Positions 28,793 through 36,675 of a stretch of DNA of 64,000 nucleotides are shown here, piece by piece. How positions within the stretch are numbered: position 1 is the stretch's first letter; every line of letters begins with the position of its first letter. The notes under the pieces were generated by a model. The model saw only the letters and a list, made by a program, of their open reading frames with translations, did no database searches and was not told the origin of the DNA. Location of the stretch: the NCBI GenBank assembly GCA_965209105.1, contig CBDBQB010000015.1, positions 1,448 through 65,447 on the forward strand, given 5' to 3'. Made by a program: the position numbers and the translations under genes. This stretch comes from Candidatus Poriferihabitaceae bacterium (GTDB lineage Bacteria > Pseudomonadota > Gammaproteobacteria > Arenicellales > Poriferihabitantaceae).

Positions 28793-29297
28793 CTAAGTCA
28801 TCTTCCACTTATACCCCACGCCGTAAACCGATTGGATGGTTTCGCCATCTAAACCCGACTGTGTCAGCTTTTTGCGCAAGTTCTTAATATGTGTATCGAT
28901 TGTTCGATCAGTGATGACGCGATAATCATCGTAAATAGCATCAACCAGCTGCTGTCGAGAAAAAACCTTAAAGGGTGGACGGCTTAATACGCTGAGCAGC
29001 TTAAATTCCACCGGGGTTAAATCAAGCAAGCGATCATTCACGCGTGCCTCGAATCTACTTTGATTGATGTTTAGACCGGTTGCAAGATTGTCCTGCTGAT
29101 CACTCACTGAATCAATAAGGCGAAAAACCGAATTTATTCGTGCCACGACTTCGCGAGGCGAAAAAGGTTTGCAAATATAGTCATCTGCACCGATTTCCAA
29201 TCCTAGGATTCTATCGAGCTCATCGACCCGCGCAATCACCATAATTATGGGGACGGCACTAAAGCTGCGTATTTCGCGACATAGGCTGATGCCGTCG
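28793..29297 (-). pseudogene. 5'-truncated OmpR/PhoB-family response regulator (distal REC domain plus winged-helix only)
   Basis: The frame reads ...DGISLCREIRSFSAVPIIMVIARVDELDRILGLEIGADDYICKPFSPREV... followed by a winged-helix domain (LTPVEFKLL...RTIDTHIKNLRKKL...VYGVGYKW). The beta1-beta3 portion with the acidic pocket and phospho-Asp is missing. The frame is closed by TAA at ~29383. Confidence 0.75.
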
Positions 29298-29480
29298 TGT
29301 ATTGTCGAGCGCAGCCAAAGCTGGGCCGAAATGCCCGGGAAAATTTGGATTGATGTAGTTGTACGGTGTTTCGGGGATATTTAATAGCCTCGTGACCTCG
29401 GTCGGCAATGCGGCCATCGCAGTAATTGACCCAAACCCCCCAGTGAGTCCACATACCGCAGCCAGAACCTTCTTTATCAT
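29298..29480 (-). pseudogene. 5' remnant of a di-haem cytochrome c peroxidase/MauG-family gene (signal peptide plus first ~60 aa)
   Basis: MIKKVLAAVCGLTGGFGSITAMA (signal peptide) is followed by LNIPETPYNYINPNFPGHF...LDNT, which resembles the N-terminal region of CCP/MauG-family proteins as I recall it. No haem CxxCH motifs follow. The frame runs into response-regulator sequence and stops. Confidence 0.5.
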
Positions 29481-29679
29481 TTGCCAACCCCGCGCTTTTA
29501 GATGGCATCATTTTAATGGGCTGGCGTCCACTAGAATGTGAAGAAACGATGGAGATTTCTCGCCGTATCGAGTCAAGCCAAGGAAAGGCAGCTTGTAAAA
29601 AATATTGCCAAGATAATTAGATGAAGTATTCCAGCCACTATTTTAAAAGAGGGAGTAGAACTAGAATAAACGTAAGCGC

Positions 29680-31272
29680 CTAAACAACGCCGTCATTGAC
29701 ATTGCCAGGCAAGAGCCGATCAACATCATCATAAGACATGACGTTTGGCAGCGCAGTGAATACCTGCTTTAAATAAGCGTAGGGTTCCAAGCCATTGGCC
29801 TTTGCCGTTTCAATTAAACTATAAAGGTTAGCGCTGGCCTTGGCACCTTGTACGCTGCTTGAGAACAACCAGTTTTTTCGTCCAATAGCGAACGGTCTGA
29901 TGGCATTCTCAACCGCGTTGTTATCTATCGGATAACTGCCATCATCAAGATAGCTAACTAGTCTTGCCCACTGATGATCAAGATAATATAGCGCTTTGCC
30001 CAGTGCCAGCTTTGGCGCAACTTGTGGCCGCGTTTCGTTTAGCCATTTTCGCAGCTTGCTAATGATCTCTTTTGAGTCTTGCTGTCTGCGCTGATAGCGC
30101 ACATCAATTGGCTCACCTTTGATCTGCTTTTCTATCGCATACAGCTTAGCAATCAACTTGATTGCATAATCTGCCTTGGGGCTTTTCTTGTTTTTACCGC
30201 CGGCCTTGCTCGCCTCCACAAACTTACGCCGCGCATGCGCCCAGCAACCAAGGCGGGTAATACCTTGTTCAGCACATACCGCATCATAACCCGCATAGCC
30301 ATCCACCATCATGCTGCTATGATAATCCGCTAATAAGCGTTTCGGTACTTCACTGCTGCGACTTGGGTCGTAATCAAACAAGATAGCTTTGCCACCCGGC
30401 GGCCCCGCACTGCGCACCCACATATAAGATTTACTTTGTGCGCTCTTGCCTGACTCATTCAATACTTGAATGGGCGTCTCATCCATATGCAGATAAGGTT
30501 GTTCTAACAGCGTCTCTTCTAGGCGATTAATCAATGGTTGTACTAACTGCCCACATTTAATCATCCAGTTGGCTAGACTGGTCCTATCTATCTCAATACC
30601 AAAGCGACTTAGAATCACACTTTGCCGATACAGCGGCAAGCTATCAGCGTACTTGGCCGTGGCGATATACGCCAACAAGCCCGCACTAGCTTGGCTTTTC
30701 TCTATGGCTTGTTTGGGTTTGGATGCTGTCTTGATTAAGCCCTCGCCTTTAGCCTGACAGCAAGGGCAACCATACTGCTTGCGAATGTGGCGAATTACCT
30801 GAATCTTCATCGGTACAATATCTAATTGCTCCGATACTTTGTCACTGATGAACTTAAGCTCATGGCCGTCATGCGGGCAGATCTTTTCTTCGTCACTTAG
30901 ATCATGAATTACCTCGATACGGGGTAAATCTTCGGGCAAGGGCTTACGACCTCCGCGCTTGCGTTTATGCTCGGGGATAGTAACTGTCTCAGCATCAGCA
31001 CTAATATCATTTGTTTCTGCGTCGACGTCAGATTGGGCTTGCTCGGCTTCGTTGAACAATGTCAGTTGCAAAGTGCGCAGTGCTTCGCTGTTCGATGCAA
31101 AGCGGGCATTACGTGCCAACACCAAGGCTTCTTGAAGTTGTTCTATGTATCTGTCTTTCGACTTTAATGCACTGTCCTTGGCCTCTAACTGGGTCTCATA
31201 ATCCGCTTCCTGCGCCAATAATACCTGCCGTATTTGATGGTTTTCTTGTTCTAATTCAGCATGACTTTGCAT
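29680..31272 (-). CDS. IS66-family transposase (TnpC)
   Basis: 530 aa with an N-terminal coiled coil/leucine zipper, a Zn-finger-like segment CPHDG...CPCC, and the DDE domain (HMDETP..., MVDGYAGY, GCWAHARRKF). Confidence 0.92.
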   Translation of the reverse strand: MQSHAELEQENHQIRQVLLAQEADYETQLEAKDSALKSKDRYIEQLQEALVLARNARFASNSEALRTLQLTLFNEAEQAQSDVDAETNDISADAETVTIPEHKRKRGGRKPLPEDLPRIEVIHDLSDEEKICPHDGHELKFISDKVSEQLDIVPMKIQVIRHIRKQYGCPCCQAKGEGLIKTASKPKQAIEKSQASAGLLAYIATAKYADSLPLYRQSVILSRFGIEIDRTSLANWMIKCGQLVQPLINRLEETLLEQPYLHMDETPIQVLNESGKSAQSKSYMWVRSAGPPGGKAILFDYDPSRSSEVPKRLLADYHSSMMVDGYAGYDAVCAEQGITRLGCWAHARRKFVEASKAGGKNKKSPKADYAIKLIAKLYAIEKQIKGEPIDVRYQRRQQDSKEIISKLRKWLNETRPQVAPKLALGKALYYLDHQWARLVSYLDDGSYPIDNNAVENAIRPFAIGRKNWLFSSSVQGAKASANLYSLIETAKANGLEPYAYLKQVFTALPNVMSYDDVDRLLPGNVNDGVV

Positions 31273-31293
31273 GCCCGTATTTTAACAGATTGG

Positions 31294-31641
31294 CTAATTT
31301 ACTGCCTTATAAACCAAGGCTTTATGCGGTTCTATCGATAGACCATTGAGCAGACAATTTAGCTGCTGTGCACTGATGGTGATGGTTATATCATCTCCCC
31401 GTTGCGGCCATCTGAATTTATCGGCTTCAAGACGCTTATACCACAAGGCAAAACCCGTCTTATCCCAATACAATATCTTCAACCGGTCTTTGCTTTTATT
31501 GCAAAACACAAACAGCCCATCAGCGTAAGGGCTTAAACTTGTCTCTTGTTCCACTATCACGCTTAGGCCGTTCACCGCCTTGCGAAAATCAACGGGTGCA
31601 CGATGCAGATACACCGGTGGCAGGTCAGTCAACCATCTCAC
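31294..31641 (-). CDS. IS66 Orf2 (TnpB) accessory protein
   Basis: PVDFRKAVNGLSVIV...LFVFCNKSKDRLKILYWDKTGFALWYKRLE is the canonical IS66 orf2 sequence. Confidence 0.92.
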   Translation of the reverse strand: MRWLTDLPPVYLHRAPVDFRKAVNGLSVIVEQETSLSPYADGLFVFCNKSKDRLKILYWDKTGFALWYKRLEADKFRWPQRGDDITITISAQQLNCLLNGLSIEPHKALVYKAVN

Positions 31642-31949
31642 GATAGAACTTGATCTAACATCAGGCTTAACGCCCGAACATCTAGCGCATCGCCTAATTC
31701 AATATCAATCACCCGTATGCGCGGCTGCTTTGCTAGCGCTGTGGCGAACGCTGTATCTGGGCGCGGCACGTGAGTCGCACTTGGCGTAACTCGCACAAAA
31801 TTGCCACCAATATCTCTCAACTGAGATTTACGAGTACTAAAGTACTTTGGGTTGATACCATGCTGTCTGCAATAAGCTACTGCGCTCAAACCACTAGATT
31901 GCTGGTTTGCAATCAACTCTCGCCACTGTTCTTTGCTTCGTCTTGTCAT
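31638..31949 (-). CDS. IS66 Orf1 (TnpA) HTH accessory protein
   Basis: W..LI..Q..SGLS...YC..HGI....F..R is a typical IS66 orf1 pattern. It overlaps orf2 by 4 nt. Confidence 0.88.
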   Translation of the reverse strand: MTRRSKEQWRELIANQQSSGLSAVAYCRQHGINPKYFSTRKSQLRDIGGNFVRVTPSATHVPRPDTAFATALAKQPRIRVIDIELGDALDVRALSLMLDQVLS

Positions 31950-32012
31950 TGCTACTCTTCAATATAAAAACGCGACAATATACTTTTCTAATTCAGCTCG
32001 ATAGAATGCCGT

Positions 32013-32504
32013 TTACTCGGCGCTTACGAATAAACTGATCGCGGACTGTAGTTTAATCTTGCCATCTTGAATAACCCGTGCGGTTATTCCGCCATGGCCG
32101 CGTACGGCGTTATAACCGCCTACACCCAATGTCTCTTCCATAAAAGAGCAGGGGTGGCATAAGCCGGTATATTCTAAAATCGCATCGCCGACCATAAATG
32201 TTTTTTCCTTTAGCGCTAATAAATTGATCCCACTAACAGCGATGTTTCGCCGTAATAATGCAGGATTACAATCACGCATGCCCATCAGTGAGGCAATGAC
32301 AGCTAAATGCTCGAACTGGATAAGCGTGACTTGGCGCTTCCCACTACTCCCTGCGTAGCGATCGCCTTTTAATCCAAAATCTTTATTCGCCATGACTTCG
32401 TTAACAATGAGGAGCTTCTCGCGTCTCGCAGGGCGTAAACCAATCCACTCTACACAGCCAACTTGTGGCAAGGTATCGAGCAAAATTTGGATGGGTGTTG
32501 TCAA
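32013..32504 (-). CDS. MOSC domain-containing protein (C-terminal 4 codons and stop supplied by the IS66 end)
   Basis: 163 aa. GDRY...RQVTLI...CHPC are MOSC-type motifs. The last codons GTA AGC GCC GAG TAA are the IS66 terminal repeat. Confidence 0.8.
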   Translation of the reverse strand: MTTPIQILLDTLPQVGCVEWIGLRPARREKLLIVNEVMANKDFGLKGDRYAGSSGKRQVTLIQFEHLAVIASLMGMRDCNPALLRRNIAVSGINLLALKEKTFMVGDAILEYTGLCHPCSFMEETLGVGGYNAVRGHGGITARVIQDGKIKLQSAISLFVSAE

Positions 32505-32857
32505 AGCGAAAGTTCTTCGAGACTCTAATTAGGCGATTGGCCAAAGCTTTTCGACGTTAAGGGTGGCAAGCGGCGTCATGGTGAATTTGAAAGGCATCGA
32601 ATTTTCGAATTGTACGGCTGTAGTCCCAAGCATCGTCATGCATTGTCAGGGAAAGTTGGATCGGATGCAAAGCAATTTAGTGGAAAATCTCCGATCTAAA
32701 ATATTTTTGCTTAATCATTTTGGCTGGTCGCTTAACTAAGCTAAATCACAATAAAATTAGAAGCTAAACCTAAAATGAGTCTTAAGAAAGAGTACAATCG
32801 GCTCGGCAGGTGACTAAACATTAGACTAAAAAAATAAATCTAAAACAAAACTACATC

Positions 32858-33529
32858 ATGTCAAAAAAATCTAAAAACAAACTCGATAAATCCTTGGCCA
32901 GTCCGCAACAAAAGCCCAGTGAAATAGGCAAAAAAAATAGAAGTAGACGCGATGCGATACGCGCGATTGTGATGGGTGGGGGAGCGATTGCTAGCGCCAA
33001 AACTTTGCCTACCGAATGGGCCAGGCCTATTGTCAATACGGTGATATTGCCCAGCCACGCGACGACTTCCGATACGGTTGTGATGTCCAGTGTCTCCGCG
33101 GTGACCGGCATAACGGCGAATGATGGGTCTAGCTCAAACAATTTGTTAAACGTTTTTATGTCTCAAGCAAATGCCTTGTCTCTGCCCGTTGCGACTAAAT
33201 TGCCAGGTGCTTGTGTCAAGCTTACCGTTGCCGGTAGTGTTGCAACGGCGGAACTCACCTTAAACGACAGTTCGGTTGATACTAAAGTGGGCTCGGTGAG
33301 CGGAACGGTAGTGACCGTAGATGATCTACAAGCTGTTTATAGTCTGACTGCAATCCTGGATTCAGCGGCGACTCCTACGAGCGCGATTGGGGAAATAATG
33401 GGAGCTGGAGAAAAGGGTAACTTTAAGGTATCGGTAAGCGGTGGTTCTTGCACGCCCGTTACGCCGGAGACAACCACCACCACGTCTGCAGCACCAACGA
33501 CGCCAGCGCCAACCACTACGCCAGACTGA
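32858..33529 (+). CDS. hypothetical exported protein with Tat-like signal and Thr/Pro-rich C-terminal tail
   Basis: NRSRRDAIRAIVMGGGAIASA resembles a twin-arginine leader. The C-terminus is TPETTTTTSAAPTTPAPTTTPD. I recognise no domain. Confidence 0.5.
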   Translation: MSKKSKNKLDKSLASPQQKPSEIGKKNRSRRDAIRAIVMGGGAIASAKTLPTEWARPIVNTVILPSHATTSDTVVMSSVSAVTGITANDGSSSNNLLNVFMSQANALSLPVATKLPGACVKLTVAGSVATAELTLNDSSVDTKVGSVSGTVVTVDDLQAVYSLTAILDSAATPTSAIGEIMGAGEKGNFKVSVSGGSCTPVTPETTTTTSAAPTTPAPTTTPD

Positions 33530-33719
33530 ACTATTTCGGATGGACCAGGGTATTATTGGAATGGCTCATCCTGCGTATTCGAACCTAGCTAAACGGCGCC
33601 CCACTAAGCAATTCTCCACTAAATTTGACGATGCGCTCAGGGTACAAGCGCTTCACTTGAAAGGGAGTTGGGTGAGTTTAATGAAGGACTTAGCTTAGGC
33701 CACGACATATCAGTAAACA

Positions 33720-34250
33720 GTGAATCACATTAATTGGCTAGGGCTAGAAGAGGCTCAGGCGTTTCTATCAGATCGACGCTTTAGAATTATCTCCGATGTG
33801 GGCTCTTTGACTGCGCGGGTGCGAAACACCTGCGCAGGCGCGTTTGCGGTTCAATTGATTAATCAGTCAGTAGTGACGCCGCACCCTTCAGAGGCGGAAC
33901 TGCTGGGTTTGTCGGGCTCAACTTCGGCGATCGCGCGGCAAGTATTTTTATGTTGTGATGATCAGCCCAAAATTTTCGCGCGAACCATTATTGGCTTATT
34001 GGCTAAGAACAAGTTATTAACCGATCGGGTCTCTGAGCTGGGCGAGCAATCTTTGGGCAGCCTCTTGTTTCGTGATCCCTTGGCAAAAAAGCACCTAATC
34101 CATTTCGCGCGCATTGCGCGGACAGATGTGTTCTTCGATGGTATGCATAGTTTTGAAGGGTCTTCAAGTGATCCAATTTGGGTGCGCCGAACATTGTATG
34201 AATATGAGGGCTGTGAACTTATTGTGTATGAGGCTTTTTTGACGCTTTAA
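33720..34250 (+). CDS. ubiC: chorismate--pyruvate lyase
   Basis: GSLTARV...ARQVFL...IFARTII...LGEQSLGSLLFRDP is the UbiC-family motif pattern. GTG start. Confidence 0.7.
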   Translation: MNHINWLGLEEAQAFLSDRRFRIISDVGSLTARVRNTCAGAFAVQLINQSVVTPHPSEAELLGLSGSTSAIARQVFLCCDDQPKIFARTIIGLLAKNKLLTDRVSELGEQSLGSLLFRDPLAKKHLIHFARIARTDVFFDGMHSFEGSSSDPIWVRRTLYEYEGCELIVYEAFLTL

Positions 34251-34413
34251 GGTGGTATTGAGCCGCTACTAACTCAGGATGCACCCGCCCGATTAAGAAC
34301 GCTGCCAACGGCGAGCAAATTGAGCCTCGTGCGTGGAGTTCATCGCTGTTACACCCACCACAAAAGTGAATCAAAAAGTTTCACTTGAGCCTTGATTTTT
34401 ATTCAGATTCAGA

Positions 34414-34443
34414 TTGCAACAAGGGGCGACTTTGCACTAGAAT
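34414..34443 (+). promoter_or_regulatory. putative sigma70 promoter of the initiator tRNA / nusA-infB operon
   Basis: TTGCAA (34414-19), an 18-bp spacer, TAGAAT (34438-43), then the G+C-rich discriminator ACGCCGCC. The tRNA 5' end lies 12 nt downstream of the -10 hexamer. Confidence 0.5.
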
Positions 34444-34455
34444 ACGCCGCCTTGA

Positions 34456-34532
34456 TGCGGGGTGGAGCAGTTTGGCAGCTCGTCGGGCTCATAACCCGAA
34501 GGTCACAGGTTCAAATCCTGTCCCCGCTACCA
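34456..34532 (+). tRNA. metY: initiator tRNA-fMet (anticodon CAT)
   Basis: I folded the cloverleaf by hand. Acceptor TGCGGGG/CCCCGCT; D-arm GAGC-AGTTTGGCA-GCTC; anticodon arm TCGGG-CTCATAA-CCCGA with the three G:C pairs diagnostic of initiators; T-arm ACAGG-TTCAAAT-CCTGT; encoded ACCA. It sits upstream of rimP-nusA-infB, like E. coli metY. Confidence 0.93.
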
Positions 34533-34582
34533 TTTAAAGCGATGAATACTGGAAATTGTGTTCACCGCAACGCGGCGGATTA

Positions 34583-34606
34583 ATGGGCTATAGGCCCATT
34601 TTTTTT
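34583..34606 (+). terminator. hairpin plus T-tract after the tRNA (attenuating terminator, as after E. coli metY)
   Basis: ATGGGC-TATAG-GCCCAT followed by TTTTTTTT. Confidence 0.6.
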
Positions 34607-34628
34607 GCTTTGAATTTTGGGTCGATTG

Positions 34629-35096
34629 ATGCAGGCAGAAATAACAAGTTTGCGAGAGATATTGGAGCCTTCGGTGGAAGCGCTCGGCTATGAATTGCTG
34701 TTGTTAGAGCAAACGCATAACGAAAAAGAAGCAGTTTTACGGCTATATATAGATGCGCCGGGTGGTATCTTATTGGAAGATTGCGAACAGGTCAGTCGGC
34801 AAGTGAGCCTGATACTCGATTTGGAAGATCCAATACGCAGTGCGTATGCTTTGGAGGTCTCTTCGCCGGGTGCGGATCGACCCTTAGTGAAAGCACAACA
34901 TTTTAATGCAGTGCTAAAGCAAGAAGTTAGAGTTGTAACGCACGATTATATTTTGGGTCGGCGGCGCTTTAAAGGCCCGTTGCTCGAAGTAGCAGAAGAA
35001 CAAATAGTGGTCGAGGTGGATGGTGAAGAATATGACATCCCACTCGCCAACATAGAGTCGGCGCGTTTGGTGCCGAATTTTGATGATAAATTTTAG
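34629..35096 (+). CDS. rimP: ribosome maturation factor RimP
   Basis: L...EP.VEALGYEL...LR(L)YID...LEVSSPGADRPL is the RimP signature. The ATG at 34629 is preferred over the TTG at 34617. Confidence 0.92.
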   Translation: MQAEITSLREILEPSVEALGYELLLLEQTHNEKEAVLRLYIDAPGGILLEDCEQVSRQVSLILDLEDPIRSAYALEVSSPGADRPLVKAQHFNAVLKQEVRVVTHDYILGRRRFKGPLLEVAEEQIVVEVDGEEYDIPLANIESARLVPNFDDKF

Positions 35097-35145
35097 GGGA
35101 TGGTATGCATTCCTTGGGTAAAATAACTTTTGTTAGGACTGAATA

Positions 35146-36627
35146 ATGGCGATTAGCAATAGAGAAATTCTGCTTATGGCAGAAGTCGTCTCACGCGAGA
35201 AAGATTTGGATCGTGAGATTATCTTCAATGCGATTGAAGCTGCCTTATCGACTGCCACGCGTAAGTTTCATCATGATGAAATTAATGCGAGTGTCATTAT
35301 TGATCGGGAAACGGGCGACTATGAAACTTTTCGGATATGGGAAGTGGTGGAAGACGACTTTGAAGAGTTTGATGAAGCTTTGCATATCAAGTTAAGCGAT
35401 GCAAAGAAAACTGAGGAAACACTCGAACTCGGTGATTTTATTCAAGAACCAATTGAGCAGGCAGAGTTTGGGCGCATTCAAGCGCAAGCTGCTAAGCAAG
35501 TGATCATGCAAAAAGTGCGTGAAGCCAGTCGTGAGCAAGTCATTGAACGATTTAAAGATCGAGAGGGTGAAATGGTCTCTGGTACGGTCAAGCGCATGGA
35601 GCGCGGCGACGTAATCATTGATTTAGGAGACGCCGAGGCGGTGTTACAGCGCCGCAGCCAAATTCCAACCGATGGCCTGCGTACGGGAGATCGTGTTCGT
35701 GCTTTATTGCAAGAAGTGCGTGCGACCAATCGTGGTCCGCAACTGTTCTTAGATCGTGTCTCACCTCAATTTTTAATTGAGTTGTTTAAGATTGAAGTGC
35801 CTGAAGTCGGTGAGGGTATTATCCAAATTCATGGCGCCGCGCGTGATCCAGGTATTCGTGCCAAAATTTCAGTTCAGGCCAAAGATAAGCGGATTGATCC
35901 AGTGGGTGCTTGTGTGGGTATTCGTGGCTCGCGTGTTCAAAGTGTCTCAAACGAGATTGCGGGTGAACGTGTCGATATTATCGTGTGGTCTGATCAAATT
36001 GCCGATTTCGCACTCAAGGCTTTGGCGCCTGCGGAAATAGAATCACTATTGATCGATGAAGACAAGAAATCCATTGATGTCGTTGTTAGCGAAGAGAACC
36101 AATCTCGCGCCATTGGCCGGGGTGGACAGAATGTGCGTCTTGCTTCTGAGCTAGTAGGGTGGGAGTTGAATATCTTAACGGATGAAGAGGCAGAGCAAAA
36201 ACAAGCCGAAGAAATCAGTCAGATCGTCGTTCAATTTCAAGAATCACTGGGCATCGACGAAGATGTCGCGACAGTATTGGCGAATGAAGGTTTTAGCGCG
36301 GTCGATGAAGTGGCTTATATCGATAAGCAAGAGTTAGTCGCGATTGAAGAATTTTCAGAAGAGATGGTTGACGAGTTACAGCGTCGGGCACAAGATATCA
36401 TGCTAACCAAGGCGATTGCTGAGCAAGCTGCGCTAGTGCCCGAAGACGACTTGCTTAATATGGACGGGATGGATGAAGCCACTGCAAAGGCATTGGCCAG
36501 CAAGGGTGTTCGGACGATGGAAGATTTGGCTGAGTGCGCCACTGATGAAATCATGGAAATGATTGAAATCGAAGAAAGTCGAGCTCAATCACTTATTATG
36601 ACGGCGCGCGCGCCGTGGTTCGAGTAA
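35146..36627 (+). CDS. nusA: transcription termination/antitermination factor NusA
   Basis: 493 aa with S1 and KH domains (GACVGIRGSRVQSVSNEIAGERVDI; AIGRGGQNVRLASELVGWELNI) and C-terminal acidic repeats. Confidence 0.96.
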   Translation: MAISNREILLMAEVVSREKDLDREIIFNAIEAALSTATRKFHHDEINASVIIDRETGDYETFRIWEVVEDDFEEFDEALHIKLSDAKKTEETLELGDFIQEPIEQAEFGRIQAQAAKQVIMQKVREASREQVIERFKDREGEMVSGTVKRMERGDVIIDLGDAEAVLQRRSQIPTDGLRTGDRVRALLQEVRATNRGPQLFLDRVSPQFLIELFKIEVPEVGEGIIQIHGAARDPGIRAKISVQAKDKRIDPVGACVGIRGSRVQSVSNEIAGERVDIIVWSDQIADFALKALAPAEIESLLIDEDKKSIDVVVSEENQSRAIGRGGQNVRLASELVGWELNILTDEEAEQKQAEEISQIVVQFQESLGIDEDVATVLANEGFSAVDEVAYIDKQELVAIEEFSEEMVDELQRRAQDIMLTKAIAEQAALVPEDDLLNMDGMDEATAKALASKGVRTMEDLAECATDEIMEMIEIEESRAQSLIMTARAPWFE

Positions 36628-36675
36628 TTCGCTACAATTAGCCGAAACTAAGGTAAAACACTAAGGTAATACGTT

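Larger units (their letters stand above)
29672..32027 (-). mobile_element. complete IS66-family insertion sequence (2356 bp) with 8-bp target-site duplication
   Basis: The termini are GTAAGCGCC (29672-29680) and GGCGCTTAC (32019-27), in inverted orientation. GAATAAAC is duplicated at 29664-29671 and 32028-32035. The element contains the tnpA-tnpB-tnpC trio. Confidence 0.93.

Noticed and set aside
29245-29541. ORFs 29245..29511(-) and 29359..29541(+) overlapping the peroxidase remnant.
   Set aside because: These are alternative frames of the same degraded region. The only frame with a signal peptide and family-like motifs is 29259..29480(-).
33441-33698. An 85-aa plus-strand ORF overlapping the Thr/Pro tail of the Tat-leader protein and extending toward ubiC.
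   Set aside because: It is a frame-shifted reading of the ACC/ACG/CCA-rich tail (giving an Arg/Gln/Pro-rich product). It has no ribosome-binding site and no recognisable motif.
34401-34416. A short tandem ATTCAG-ATTCAG-ATT just upstream of the metY promoter -35 hexamer.
   Set aside because: It has only two and a half copies of a hexamer. It is more simply read as A+T-rich UP-element-like DNA than as a functional repeat.
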